NCBI GenBank assembly: GCA_946615905.1
Contig: CAMOIE010000001.1
Span: 44,318 to 108,317 of the forward strand
DNA: 64,000 nt
Source of the DNA: an uncultured Treponema sp.
GTDB taxonomy: Bacteria > Spirochaetota > Spirochaetia > Treponematales > Treponemataceae
Direction of reading: 5' to 3'
Part shown: positions 1 to 9,408 of the stretch, piece after piece
How the letters are laid out: each line of letters opens with the position of its first letter
How positions within the stretch are numbered: the first letter of the stretch is position 1
Notes under the pieces: generated by a model
Databases searched by the model: none
Told to the model about the DNA's origin: nothing
The model's input: only the letters and a program-made list of their open reading frames with translations
Position numbers and translations under genes: made by a program

Positions 1-345
1 AAGCAGCTTAAGGCCTTTGGCTTTACATTCTCCCTTGATGACTATGGAACGGCTCACTCCGAGGCGACTTACATTTTCAACATGGATTTTAAAATCATCA
101 AAATTGACAAGTCAATCCTTTGGGGGGCTGAAAAAAATCAGTCTGCTAGGCTCTTTTTTGAATATACTGTAAAAATGCTGAAAAAAATGAACCTCAAGAT
201 TCTTGTGGAAGGCGTAGAGACTGAAAAACAAAAAGATTATGTTGTCTCGCTTGGCTGCGACTACTGCCAGGGATTTTATTTTTCACGTCCAATTCCACCT
301 ATGGATTTTGTCAAATACGTGACGGAATTCAACGGAAAAGAGTAG
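1..345 (+). CDS. EAL-domain (c-di-GMP phosphodiesterase) protein, C-terminal part, 5'-truncated by window edge
   Basis: Frame 1 is open from base 1: KQLKAFGFTFSLDDYGTAHS...IKIDKS...VEGVET...CQGFYFSRP, the typical EAL C-terminal motifs. Confidence 0.9.
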   Translation, partial: KQLKAFGFTFSLDDYGTAHSEATYIFNMDFKIIKIDKSILWGAEKNQSARLFFEYTVKMLKKMNLKILVEGVETEKQKDYVVSLGCDYCQGFYFSRPIPPMDFVKYVTEFNGKE

Positions 346-351
346 AAAACT

Positions 352-466
352 GGGGCTGTCTAATTTTACAGAATGCGGTCATTGAGCCTGTCGAAATGAC
401 ATTTGCCACTATAGATGGTGGTTTCGACAAGCTCAACCACCATTTTGCTACTTTTGGGACAGCCCC
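352..466. repeat. MITE/REP-like palindromic element: GGGGCTGTC...GACAGCCCC terminal inverted repeats enclosing two inverted TGAGCYTGTCGAA hairpins
   Basis: 9-bp TIRs at 352-360 and 458-466; GTCATTGAGCCTGTCGAAATGAC at 378-400 and GGTGGTTTCGACAAGCTCAACCACC at 417-441; lies between convergent genes. Confidence 0.75.
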
Positions 467-474
467 CTTGAAAA

Positions 475-1470
475 TTACATTACGTTGATTTCTTTGTAGT
501 ATTTTGCAGCTCCGTCATGGAGCGGAAGATTTGCGATGTCTTTTACAGCGTCTTCTGCTTTAAGTCCCTTGAGGTTGCGCTGGGCTTCTCCAAGCTCCTC
601 GATTCCTTCCCAGAAAGTTTTTGTGAGCTGGTAGACTGTTTCCTCGTCAAGGTCAGTCGTTGTGAACATAACCATTTTGATTGCGGATGTCTGAATGTCT
701 GCTGTCTGACCAGGATAGGTCTGAGCCGGAATCGTGTATGAGGCGTACCAAGGATATTCTTTTTTCAAAGTCTCAATTATTGAGTCATCGATATTCACCA
801 AATGGCTTCCTGATGAGCAAGCCTGTGATACAGCGGCAGCTGGAGTTCCGCTCATAATCCAAGCACCGTCAAGAGTTCCATTCTGGAGCATGTCAGCGGC
901 ATCACCAAAAGCGATGTATTCAGCGCGGATGTCCTGCGGATATGAAAGACCTGCGGCCGTAAAGTGGTTTTTGCATTCACCTTCAACTGAAGAACCTGCG
1001 GCGGCTACCGCAAAATGCTTGCCCTTAACATCAGCGATTGAGTTGATTCCTGATTTTTCTGTGGCTACAACCTGGTTGGGGTTAAAATAAAGTCCTGCGA
1101 TTACACGGAGTTTTTCGTTTGCAAAGCCGGAGAAAGAGTCTGTGCCTTTGAAAGACTGGTAGCAGTTTGAAGAAATCGCGATAGAAACCTGAGATTCTCC
1201 GTCGGCAACCTGATTCAAATTGTCGATTCCTCCGTTTGAAGCCTGACTTGCCGCGTTTACAAATGAAATTTTTGTTGTCCACAAGTTAGTAATCGCAGCA
1301 CCGACTGCGTACAAGGCTCCAGACGCTGAGGCTGTCGGGAATTTTATAGAAACCTGGGCGTGTTCACCGGAAGCCGCTTCTTTTTTTGAGCAGCCGCTTG
1401 TTCCAAGCATACAGACGGCTGAAAGCAAGACCGCCACGATTTTAATTTTTTTCATTTTCATAGTTTTCAT
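475..1470 (-). CDS. TAXI-family TRAP transporter solute-binding lipoprotein
   Basis: Lipobox LGTSGC; FPTASASGALYAVG, SNGGIDNL and AAAGSSVE motifs; ATG at 1470 follows a GGAG RBS. Confidence 0.9.
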   Translation of the reverse strand: MKTMKMKKIKIVAVLLSAVCMLGTSGCSKKEAASGEHAQVSIKFPTASASGALYAVGAAITNLWTTKISFVNAASQASNGGIDNLNQVADGESQVSIAISSNCYQSFKGTDSFSGFANEKLRVIAGLYFNPNQVVATEKSGINSIADVKGKHFAVAAAGSSVEGECKNHFTAAGLSYPQDIRAEYIAFGDAADMLQNGTLDGAWIMSGTPAAAVSQACSSGSHLVNIDDSIIETLKKEYPWYASYTIPAQTYPGQTADIQTSAIKMVMFTTTDLDEETVYQLTKTFWEGIEELGEAQRNLKGLKAEDAVKDIANLPLHDGAAKYYKEINVM

Positions 1471-1472
1471 AA

Positions 1473-3431
1473 TCACTCCTTTTTTTTATGAAAAATAAAT
1501 TGAATCACAAAAACGATTGCCAGCAGGGCAAAGCCCGCCAAATCACTTGCAAGACCTGCGTAAAGCAAAAGCGGGGCGACTGCCAGCAGCAAAATTCTTA
1601 CCAGCCAGGAAGCCCTGCACAAAAGCCAGCCTTCAAGGGCTGCGACCAAGGCGAAAGTTCCAACCGTGGCGGTAAAAAATGCCCAAATATTTTGCAAGAG
1701 CGTGAAATTTTCCGCCGCACCCAAAAGCAGAACCGGATTTCCCAAAAAGAAGAATGGAATCAAAAAGCCGATTAAGCCGAGGCGGACTGCAATCAAACCT
1801 GTTTTGAGCTGATTTGAACCTGCAATTCCTGCGGCGACATAGCATGAGATTGCAACCGGCGGCGTGATATTTGAAAGGCAGGCATAAATCAGGCAGAACA
1901 TGTGGGCCGCAAGCGGCATTACCCCGGCTTTGAGCAAAACAGGAACCGCAACCGCCTGAACGATTACGTAAGCCGCAACTCCAGGAACTCCCATTCCCAA
2001 AATCGTGGACATAATCATCACGAAAAATCCGGTCAGGTAAATTGATTCCGGCGGAACGATGTTCAAAATCAGGTAGCCCATATTAAGACCAAGACTAGTC
2101 AAAGTCACAGTCCCAATGATTACGCCGATTATCACGCAGCTCACACCGACTCCAACGGCTCCTCTCGCTCCTTCAACAACAGCTGCAAGAATCTTATCGG
2201 GAGTCATTCGGGTTTCCTTGCGAATCCATGAGGCGGCAATCGTAATGAAAATCGCGGCGACGGCAGAAATCAGCGGTGTAAAACCGATCATCATCATAAA
2301 AATCAAGGCGACCAGAGGAATCACCAGATGACCTTCTTCCTTGATGACTTTGACCGCATTAGGAATATTTTCTTTTGCAAGTCCTGAAAGTCCCAGTCTT
2401 TTTGCCTCAAAATGAACCGCAATCAAAAGTCCGAAATAATACAAAAATGCCGGGACAATTGCGGCAATCATCACTTTTGTGTAACTCAGATTCAAGAATT
2501 CCGCCATTACAAAGCCTACCGCGCCCATAATCGGCGGGCAGAACTGGCCTCCCGTGGAAGCGACCGACTCAACAGCGGCGGCGAATTCTTTTTTGTAGCC
2601 GGTTCTCTTCATCAAAGGAATCGTGATTGTTCCTGTCGTGGCGACATTTGCCACAGCCGAGCCGTTAATCATACCCATCAAGGCTGAGGCGATTACAGAG
2701 ACTTTCGCAGGACCTCCCGGAGTCTGTCCGACTAGCGTGAGTGAAAAGTCATTTATGAATTTTGAAAATCCTGAGTACTTTAAAAACGCACCAAAAACGA
2801 CAAAAAGAAAGATATAAGTCGCCGAAACCCCGATTCCAACGCCCAAAAGGCCTTGAGTTCCCCAGAACTGAGTGACCAAAACCCGTTTTAGCGTAAATCC
2901 GTTGTGCCCCAGCTGACCGGGAATGTATTTTCCAAAAAAATTGTATGCCAGAAAAATCAGGGCGAGAAGAGCCAAATTGAATGAAGTCCGCCTTGCCGCC
3001 TCAAAGACTAAAATCAAAGCGACAGCCGCAATCGCAACTTGAAAACTGTTCACCCTTCCGCCAGAGCGGGCGATTTCCGTATAATTCAAAATCAAGTAGC
3101 CAAAAACTACCGCGGCAAGAACGACCAAAATCAAATCAAGAATCGGCGGGAATTTTCTCTGCCGCTTTTCAGACTTGCGGGCTGGATAAAGCAAAAAAGT
3201 AAACAGAAGAAGAAAAATACAGTGGAAAGCCCGCAGATTTATTGCGGAAATCACTCCAATCGTAGAAAAATAGAGCTGAAAAGCAGTCCAGAGGCAAAAA
3301 AGCACCGTAATCGCGACAGCAGTCGGCCCGGAATAAGAGCGAATCTTAAAATCCGAGTCCTTTTTTTCAAGCATCTCCTGAATTTTTTCGGAACTTGCCG
3401 GATTCTGAATATCCTGAGGAGGAGTCTCCAT
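1473..3431 (-). CDS. TRAP transporter fused 4TM/12TM permease
   Basis: GGPAKVSV, SGSAVANV-like (NGSAVANV), ASTGGQFCPP, ILGMGVP and ITPPVA motifs; start re-set to METPP at 3431 behind GGAG. Confidence 0.92.
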   Translation of the reverse strand: METPPQDIQNPASSEKIQEMLEKKDSDFKIRSYSGPTAVAITVLFCLWTAFQLYFSTIGVISAINLRAFHCIFLLLFTFLLYPARKSEKRQRKFPPILDLILVVLAAVVFGYLILNYTEIARSGGRVNSFQVAIAAVALILVFEAARRTSFNLALLALIFLAYNFFGKYIPGQLGHNGFTLKRVLVTQFWGTQGLLGVGIGVSATYIFLFVVFGAFLKYSGFSKFINDFSLTLVGQTPGGPAKVSVIASALMGMINGSAVANVATTGTITIPLMKRTGYKKEFAAAVESVASTGGQFCPPIMGAVGFVMAEFLNLSYTKVMIAAIVPAFLYYFGLLIAVHFEAKRLGLSGLAKENIPNAVKVIKEEGHLVIPLVALIFMMMIGFTPLISAVAAIFITIAASWIRKETRMTPDKILAAVVEGARGAVGVGVSCVIIGVIIGTVTLTSLGLNMGYLILNIVPPESIYLTGFFVMIMSTILGMGVPGVAAYVIVQAVAVPVLLKAGVMPLAAHMFCLIYACLSNITPPVAISCYVAAGIAGSNQLKTGLIAVRLGLIGFLIPFFFLGNPVLLLGAAENFTLLQNIWAFFTATVGTFALVAALEGWLLCRASWLVRILLLAVAPLLLYAGLASDLAGFALLAIVFVIQFIFHKKKE

Positions 3432-3457
3432 TTTTTTGCTCCATTTTTTAAATTTAT

Positions 3458-3556
3458 GGGCGGCCCCGGCCCCTTCGGGGCCGGTCACGCTTTGCGGGGT
3501 TCCGCTTTCGCTACAATACTTCGTATCGGCTACGCCGCCCCTACAATCGTTGCCGC
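3458..3556 (-). repeat. Structured intergenic element copy A (Flavo-1-like)
   Basis: GGGCGGC...GCCGC terminal stem; internal hairpins CGGCCCC-TTC-GGGGCCG, ATAC-TTC-GTAT and CGGC-TAC-GCCG; aligns with copies B, D and E1. Confidence 0.75.
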
Positions 3557-3557
3557 T

Positions 3558-4865
3558 TTACGCCCTTCTTGCGCCTTTTGTACTTTTAATCGTAGATGCA
3601 AAGTATGTTATTGCGTCAACGCGTTCTGTGTTAGCCTTGAAATTCTTCAAATAATTCGGGTCGTTGATAAGGTTCACGAATTCATCGAACAAAAAGCTTG
3701 TGTCCAGCGGGCCGGATGAAGCCTCCGGGTGGAACTGCACACTGAATGCCGGAACGTCCGTGTATGTGATTCCCTCGCAAGTCCCGTCGTTTGTGTTCAC
3801 AAAAGAAAGAACTGCCCCTGCGGGAAGACTTTCGTTTTTGACCGCATAACCGTGGTTCTGGCTGGAAATATAAACGCGTCCTGTAGAAAGGTGTTTTACC
3901 GGCTGGTTTGCTCCACGATGGCCGTACTTCAGTTTCATTGTGTCCGCGCCTTTTGCAAGGGCAAGGAGCTGGTGACCAAGACAGATTCCAAAAATCGGAG
4001 TTTTTTTAGCCAAAAGCTCTTTGATTCCCTCGATAATCGCCTTGTTGTCCTGGGGATCTCCAGGCCCGTTAGAAAGCATTACACCGTCAGGATTTTTCGC
4101 AAGAATTTCGCTGGCAGTCGCTGTGGCCGGCATTGTGATTACCTCAAGACCTCGTTTAAGCAACTCGCGGCGGATGTTCGCCTTTGCTCCGAAGTCCCAG
4201 AGAACTACTTTCTTTCCCTTTCCGTTTTTCATGGCAACGTCCGGGTCATTTTCCTTTGTGCCGTCAGCACGAACCGGAACCGCCTTGTATGCCGCAGACT
4301 CAGCAAAAACTGTCTTCGCGTCTTTTTCGATTTTGACCGCTGAGCAAGTGACTGACTCAACAGCCTTTTCAATTTTATATGCTTTGATTTCAGCAAGGAG
4401 TTTTTCTTTTTCAGCGGGATTTTCAAGAGCCGCAAATTTTGCCTTGGCTTCATCAGAGTCACCGGAGATAATCATTCCGTTCATAACGCCGGATTCGCGC
4501 AGGACTTTTGTAAGGGCGCGGGTGTCGATGTCGCAAAGGCCGATGATTTTCTGAGTCTTCAAGTATGAATCCAAATCTCCGCCGTTCCTGAAATTTGAAG
4601 GCTCTTCGCACCATGAGCGCACGATATAGCCTCGGACGTGGGCAGCATCGCTTTCAAAATCATTCGGGATAATTCCGTAGTTTCCAATCAGGGGGAAGGT
4701 CTGCGTTACAATCTGACCGTAATAGGAGGGGTCGGTCAAAGTCTCGATATAACCGTTCATTCCGGTGGTAAAAACCGCTTCACCGGTAACGCATCCGGCA
4801 GCGCCAAAAGATTTTCCTTCAAAGACCAGTCCGTTAGCCAGGACGAGGCAAGCTTTAGTATTCAT
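3558..4865 (-). CDS. carA: Carbamoyl-phosphate synthase small subunit
   Basis: GEAVFTTGM..Y..TLTDPSY, LSNGPGDP, FGICLGHQ and VQFHPE (Cys-His-Glu glutaminase triad). Confidence 0.97.
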   Translation of the reverse strand: MNTKACLVLANGLVFEGKSFGAAGCVTGEAVFTTGMNGYIETLTDPSYYGQIVTQTFPLIGNYGIIPNDFESDAAHVRGYIVRSWCEEPSNFRNGGDLDSYLKTQKIIGLCDIDTRALTKVLRESGVMNGMIISGDSDEAKAKFAALENPAEKEKLLAEIKAYKIEKAVESVTCSAVKIEKDAKTVFAESAAYKAVPVRADGTKENDPDVAMKNGKGKKVVLWDFGAKANIRRELLKRGLEVITMPATATASEILAKNPDGVMLSNGPGDPQDNKAIIEGIKELLAKKTPIFGICLGHQLLALAKGADTMKLKYGHRGANQPVKHLSTGRVYISSQNHGYAVKNESLPAGAVLSFVNTNDGTCEGITYTDVPAFSVQFHPEASSGPLDTSFLFDEFVNLINDPNYLKNFKANTERVDAITYFASTIKSTKGARRA

Positions 4866-4908
4866 ACTAAAGCAGAATTATAGCAGAAAATTAGGTCTTC
4901 AATCAACA

Positions 4909-5008
4909 GGGCGGCCCGACTTAGGCAAAGCCGTCGGCTGTTCCACCCTTCGCTATTCGCTCATTCGTCCGCCTTGCGTCCGAACTTCGGGGTTCCATAG
5001 CCTGCCGC
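4909..5008 (-). repeat. Structured intergenic element copy B (Flavo-1-like)
   Basis: GGGCGGC...GCCGC ends; shares CTCATTCGTCCGCCTT with copy C and GGCAAAGCCGTCGG with copy E1. Confidence 0.75.
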
Positions 5009-5054
5009 AAACCTCTGTTGGTATTTTTGTTGGTAATGTGTATTATCTTTAACT

Positions 5055-5990
5055 ATGAAAAATTCTTTTTTTAAAAATTTCAGTCCGCTTGGGCTTTTTT
5101 TGGTTGTAACTTGTATTTTAATTTGGGGATCAACTTTTGTTTCCACAAAATATCTCCTTTCTTCTCTGTCAGCACTGGAAATCCTGATTCTCCGCTTTTT
5201 GGCGGCTTATATTGCCCTTTGGATTGCGAAACCCCGAATTCTTCCATTTGTCTCTGTAAGGCGTGAAATCCTTTTTATACTTGCAGGGCTTTCAGGAATC
5301 ACCGTTTACCAGTTTTTGGAAAACACAAGTCTCTTTTTTACGTCCGCATCAAATGTATCGATTATCGTCTCTATCTGTCCCCTTTTTACGGCAATTTTTT
5401 CACGTCTTTTTCTTAAGGAAAAATCCTTGAATCCATTTTTTTTCGTGGGATTTTTTGTCGCAATCATCGGAGTTGCCCTTGTGACTTTCAATGGCAAGAT
5501 TCAAATTCATTTTAGTCCGAAGGGTGATTTGCTGGCCTTGGCCGCCGCCATAAGCTGGGGCTTTTATTCACTTGCAGTCTCAAAAGTAAATAGTCTTAAG
5601 CTAGATCCGATTTTGGCAATCCGCAGAATTTTCTTTTGGGCCTTGGTCTTCATGTTTCTCCCCGCCATGTTTTCTGGAAAATTCGATTTTTGCGCCGTGA
5701 ATTTTTTTAAATCTCCTTCTAGCTTGAATAACCTTGTCGACCCTCTAATTATCTTTAATATTTTGTTTTTAGGCTTTGGGGCTTCCGCCTTCTGCTTTGT
5801 TGCATGGAATATGGCCTGTGAGCGTCTTGGCACTGTCAAGGCAACACTTGGGATTTATTTCAACCCGCTTGTCACAGTGATTCTGGCTTTTTTCGTGCTA
5901 GGGGAAAAAATCACACTGATGGGTTTTGCCGGAATGCTGCTGACTACCGCAGGACTTGTAGTTTCAAATATTAAAAGCAAAAAAAATTGA
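5055..5990 (+). CDS. DMT/EamA family transporter
   Basis: About 10 hydrophobic segments; IWGSTF, GDLLAL and YFNPLVTV EamA-type motifs. Confidence 0.9.
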   Translation: MKNSFFKNFSPLGLFLVVTCILIWGSTFVSTKYLLSSLSALEILILRFLAAYIALWIAKPRILPFVSVRREILFILAGLSGITVYQFLENTSLFFTSASNVSIIVSICPLFTAIFSRLFLKEKSLNPFFFVGFFVAIIGVALVTFNGKIQIHFSPKGDLLALAAAISWGFYSLAVSKVNSLKLDPILAIRRIFFWALVFMFLPAMFSGKFDFCAVNFFKSPSSLNNLVDPLIIFNILFLGFGASAFCFVAWNMACERLGTVKATLGIYFNPLVTVILAFFVLGEKITLMGFAGMLLTTAGLVVSNIKSKKN

Positions 5991-6038
5991 CGCTGCATTT
6001 TTTTTGCATAAAGACCGGCAATTGATTATAATTTTTCC

Positions 6039-7631
6039 ATGAGCGAAAATTTGATCAGCATAAACAACTGCCGCGTTGAGGATTCAAGCGGAATCAAAAT
6101 AAAAAATCTTTATTGGAATATGCAAAAGGGCCAGTCCTGGCTCGTAATCGGGCCGAACGGAGGCGGAAAGGCCGAATTTATCGCCTCCCTTGCCGGACAA
6201 AAGCGTTTTGTCCCGAACCAGCCCGCATCCGCTGCTGACGTTCCCCTTTACACGTCAGCCTTTGAGAATTCCGTGGAAATCGTTTCCCTTGAGCGCGCCG
6301 CAAAATTAATCGAAGAGGAGCGGGAAACTGACGAAAGCGAATACATCAACAAAATCGATGAGGGCCGCACTGGCCGCCGCTTTATCTGCGAAGTCCTTGG
6401 AGGACCTGACGTAAAGCACAGAAATCTTCCACTCCCGGCGATTGCAGACCGTCTTGAGACTTTGCCAGAAGTAAAGCTCTGCGGGGTTGAAAAAATCCTA
6501 GACCGTGGCCTTAAATTCATGTCCACAGGTGAAATCCGCCGCACTCTTTTGTGCCGAGCCTTGCTTTCTGGCAAAAAACTTTTGATTTTGTCCGACCCAT
6601 TTGCCGGACTCGATGCCCAAAGCCGGACGATTCTCCTTGAATTCTTCCAGACGATTGCAGGCAAGCAGAATTCCGCCGGTCACGAGGGGACAAAAATCAT
6701 CCTCTGCATGGAACGCTGGCACGAAATCCCTGGGACAATCACAAATGTTTTGGAATTCAAAAACAAGGAAATCTCATTTTGCGGCTCTCGCTCCGAATAC
6801 GAAAAACTTTTGAGCGAACGCTCCGAGCAAAATGAAAAAACTCGTGAATCGGAAAAGGCTGACTTTGTTTCTGCCCTCGGTCAAATCAACAGGGAGACGG
6901 AAGCGTTCAGAGGAAAAAAAATCCCCGGAGAAGAGACTTTAGTCCAGATGAACAAAGTCAACGTCGGTTGGGGCGACAAGCAGGTTTTAAAAGATTTCAA
7001 CTGGTCAGTCATGCCGGGCGAACACTGGCTTATCCGGGGGCCAAATGGCTCTGGAAAAACGACGCTTTTGGAGCTGATTACCGGCGACAACAAGCAGGTT
7101 TTCTGCAACGATGTCTGGCTTTTCGGCCGCAAGAGGGGAACTGGCGAGACAATCTGGGAAATAAAGGCAAAACTCGGAATCGTAAGCTACAGACTCCACG
7201 TTGAATACAGAATGGTCGGTGGAACCGACTTGCTGCACGTGATTCTTTCGGGATTTCACGACTCAATCGGAATGTACGAGCTACCCCAAGACACGGAAGT
7301 CGCCGCGGCAAAAAAATGGCTCAAACTCGGCGGATTTGAAGGTCGAGAAAATGAGTCTTTTTCTTCCTTGAGCTACGGCGAGCAGCGGGCGATTTTGATT
7401 TTGCGGGCGGCAGTAAAACAGCCTGAAATCATGATTTTGGACGAACCCTGCCACGGACTCGATGAATCTTACCGGCAAAAAATCCTAGACTTGCTGGAAG
7501 CAGTCGCCGCAACGGGAACCACGACTCTTTTGCACGTAACCCACGACCCAAGCGAAAAACTTGCCTGTGAAAAGCATATTCTGGAGCTTCATCCGGGCGA
7601 AGAGCCGATGTACAAACTTTTGGAAGTTTAA
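6039..7631 (+). CDS. ABC ATP-binding protein with two ATPase domains (ModF-like)
   Basis: Walker A motifs GPNGGGKA and GPNGSGKT; signatures MSTGE and LSYGE; Walker B motifs LSDPFAGLD and ILDEPCHGLD; no TM segments. Confidence 0.85.
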   Translation: MSENLISINNCRVEDSSGIKIKNLYWNMQKGQSWLVIGPNGGGKAEFIASLAGQKRFVPNQPASAADVPLYTSAFENSVEIVSLERAAKLIEEERETDESEYINKIDEGRTGRRFICEVLGGPDVKHRNLPLPAIADRLETLPEVKLCGVEKILDRGLKFMSTGEIRRTLLCRALLSGKKLLILSDPFAGLDAQSRTILLEFFQTIAGKQNSAGHEGTKIILCMERWHEIPGTITNVLEFKNKEISFCGSRSEYEKLLSERSEQNEKTRESEKADFVSALGQINRETEAFRGKKIPGEETLVQMNKVNVGWGDKQVLKDFNWSVMPGEHWLIRGPNGSGKTTLLELITGDNKQVFCNDVWLFGRKRGTGETIWEIKAKLGIVSYRLHVEYRMVGGTDLLHVILSGFHDSIGMYELPQDTEVAAAKKWLKLGGFEGRENESFSSLSYGEQRAILILRAAVKQPEIMILDEPCHGLDESYRQKILDLLEAVAATGTTTLLHVTHDPSEKLACEKHILELHPGEEPMYKLLEV

Positions 7632-9310
7632 AGTCCTTCTGATGAATATTGCTTGTTCCGCAAACGGATTTCAAATTCCATTTTTTGCAGGGGGCGGTCA
7701 AAGAAAAATCCTTGGACGTACAAGCAACCCAGATTTTTCAGCATTTCGATTTGTTCACGCCGTTCGACCCCTTCTGTGATTATGGACATTTCGAGTTCGT
7801 TTGCCATGGAAATTACATGCTTCATCATGATGAATTTACGTTCGTCGGACTCGTTTGCCCCGTCCAAGAATGACTTGTCAATTTTAAGCTCATCAAAAGC
7901 GATGTCGCGGATTAAGCTCAACGAAGAGTAGCCCGTACCAAAGTCATCAACAGAAGTTTTTATTCCTTTTGAACGCAGGGCAAATACAATTCCCTTGAGG
8001 TTCTCCAAATCTCTGACGGTCGTGGTTTCGGTAAATTCAGCAATCAGAAACCTGTGCGGAATTTTGTATTTGTCGACAATCTCAATAACCTGATCAATAA
8101 AATTGGGATTGCTTAAATGTTTGCGGGAGAAATTTACGCTGACTGGAACTGGAGTCAGGCCGGAATCTAGCCATTGTTTTAAATCTGCGCAAACATGGTT
8201 CAGCATGTAAAAATCAAGTGTACAGATATTTTGGTTTTTTTCCAGAATCGGCACAAAATAATCCGGGGGTAAAAGACTGCTTCCACGCTGCCAGCGACAC
8301 AAAGCTTCTGCACCAGACAGGGTACATGATTCAATTGAAACTTTCGGCTGATAGAAAACTTTGAAGGCTTCGGTTGAAATTGCCGTCTCAAAAGACGATT
8401 CGATGTTTTTTCCCCGCTCAATCATTCTGATTGCGTTGGCATCATAAAAGAGAATGTTCGTGTGATTTTGTTTTGCCAAATACATTGAGGCGGAAATTGC
8501 GTCCATAATGTCAAAATGAGTTTTTGCGGACTCATCGATTTGATAAACGCCTGCGGAGGCTGACATTTTTACGTAATCATACGGGCCGTTACCGTAATAA
8601 ATATCCGTTCCCTCCAAGAGTTCGATGATAGTCGGGGCAATCGTATTGCTAGCGATGATTCCAAAATTGTCTCCCCCGATTCTCCAAAGAAGCTCCGGGT
8701 CCTTTAAGAGTGAACGGATTTTATTGATGTAGGAAAGCAAGACTCCGGTTCCCCGCGGAAATCCGATAGAAGAATTTACAACGGTCATATTTTTTATGTT
8801 AAAGAAAAAAGCCGTATAATTCCCGATTTTTCCCTGCTGGATCAAGAGGTCAAGTGTTTTAAGACCATAGGCCATATTCGGCAGACCAAGTTCTGGCTCG
8901 TAATTCGCAGCGTAATAAACCACGTCTGCCAGACGAATTTTGCTTTTCACAAAAAAGAGGATATTTAAAAAATCCTCGACAAGTTTTTTCTCTTCATCGT
9001 TCCAAAGTTTATCCTGCGGGGGATTAGCCTCAAAAGCCATAATAGAGCCGTCAGGCAGAACCTTGCGGATGTAAAGCGAAAACTCTAAATTCGAGGCTTC
9101 TTCCGAAGTATAAAAATGTGTTATATTTTGACTTTTTCCGGCATGTTCCTCGCTGATAGACTTATATTCACTAAGCGTGACCATATTGATTTTTAACAGC
9201 TTTGACAGTTTGGCTATATTGTCAGAATCAGCATCTGAATAAAATTCCTTTAGCTGACATTCTTGCTTGAAAAAATCAAAAAGCGCGAGAGTATATTCCT
9301 TGGAATTCAT
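7628..9310 (-). CDS. GAF-like + degenerate GGDEF + EAL protein (probable phosphodiesterase)
   Basis: GGDNF instead of GGDEF; intact EALCRW, VNFS, DDFGTGYSSL, EGVE and QGFFF motifs. Confidence 0.88.
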   Translation of the reverse strand: MNSKEYTLALFDFFKQECQLKEFYSDADSDNIAKLSKLLKINMVTLSEYKSISEEHAGKSQNITHFYTSEEASNLEFSLYIRKVLPDGSIMAFEANPPQDKLWNDEEKKLVEDFLNILFFVKSKIRLADVVYYAANYEPELGLPNMAYGLKTLDLLIQQGKIGNYTAFFFNIKNMTVVNSSIGFPRGTGVLLSYINKIRSLLKDPELLWRIGGDNFGIIASNTIAPTIIELLEGTDIYYGNGPYDYVKMSASAGVYQIDESAKTHFDIMDAISASMYLAKQNHTNILFYDANAIRMIERGKNIESSFETAISTEAFKVFYQPKVSIESCTLSGAEALCRWQRGSSLLPPDYFVPILEKNQNICTLDFYMLNHVCADLKQWLDSGLTPVPVSVNFSRKHLSNPNFIDQVIEIVDKYKIPHRFLIAEFTETTTVRDLENLKGIVFALRSKGIKTSVDDFGTGYSSLSLIRDIAFDELKIDKSFLDGANESDERKFIMMKHVISMANELEMSIITEGVERREQIEMLKNLGCLYVQGFFFDRPLQKMEFEIRLRNKQYSSEGL

Positions 9311-9366
9311 ACTACTATTATAAATGATTTTTTAATTTAAGAAAGAAAAGAATTTATATTTTAGAG

Positions 9367-9397
9367 AAAAAAGCCTGTCCTAAGATTCCGGACAGGC
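9367..9397 (-). terminator. Intrinsic terminator after the DUF711 gene
   Basis: GCCTGTCC-N9-GGACAGGC stem with T6 tract on the minus strand. Confidence 0.75.
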
Positions 9398-9408
9398 CAT
9401 AATTTTTT

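Noticed and set aside
3039-3719. 226-aa + strand ORF spanning the permease, element A and carA
   Set aside because: Crosses two real minus-strand genes and a repeat; composition is not protein-like
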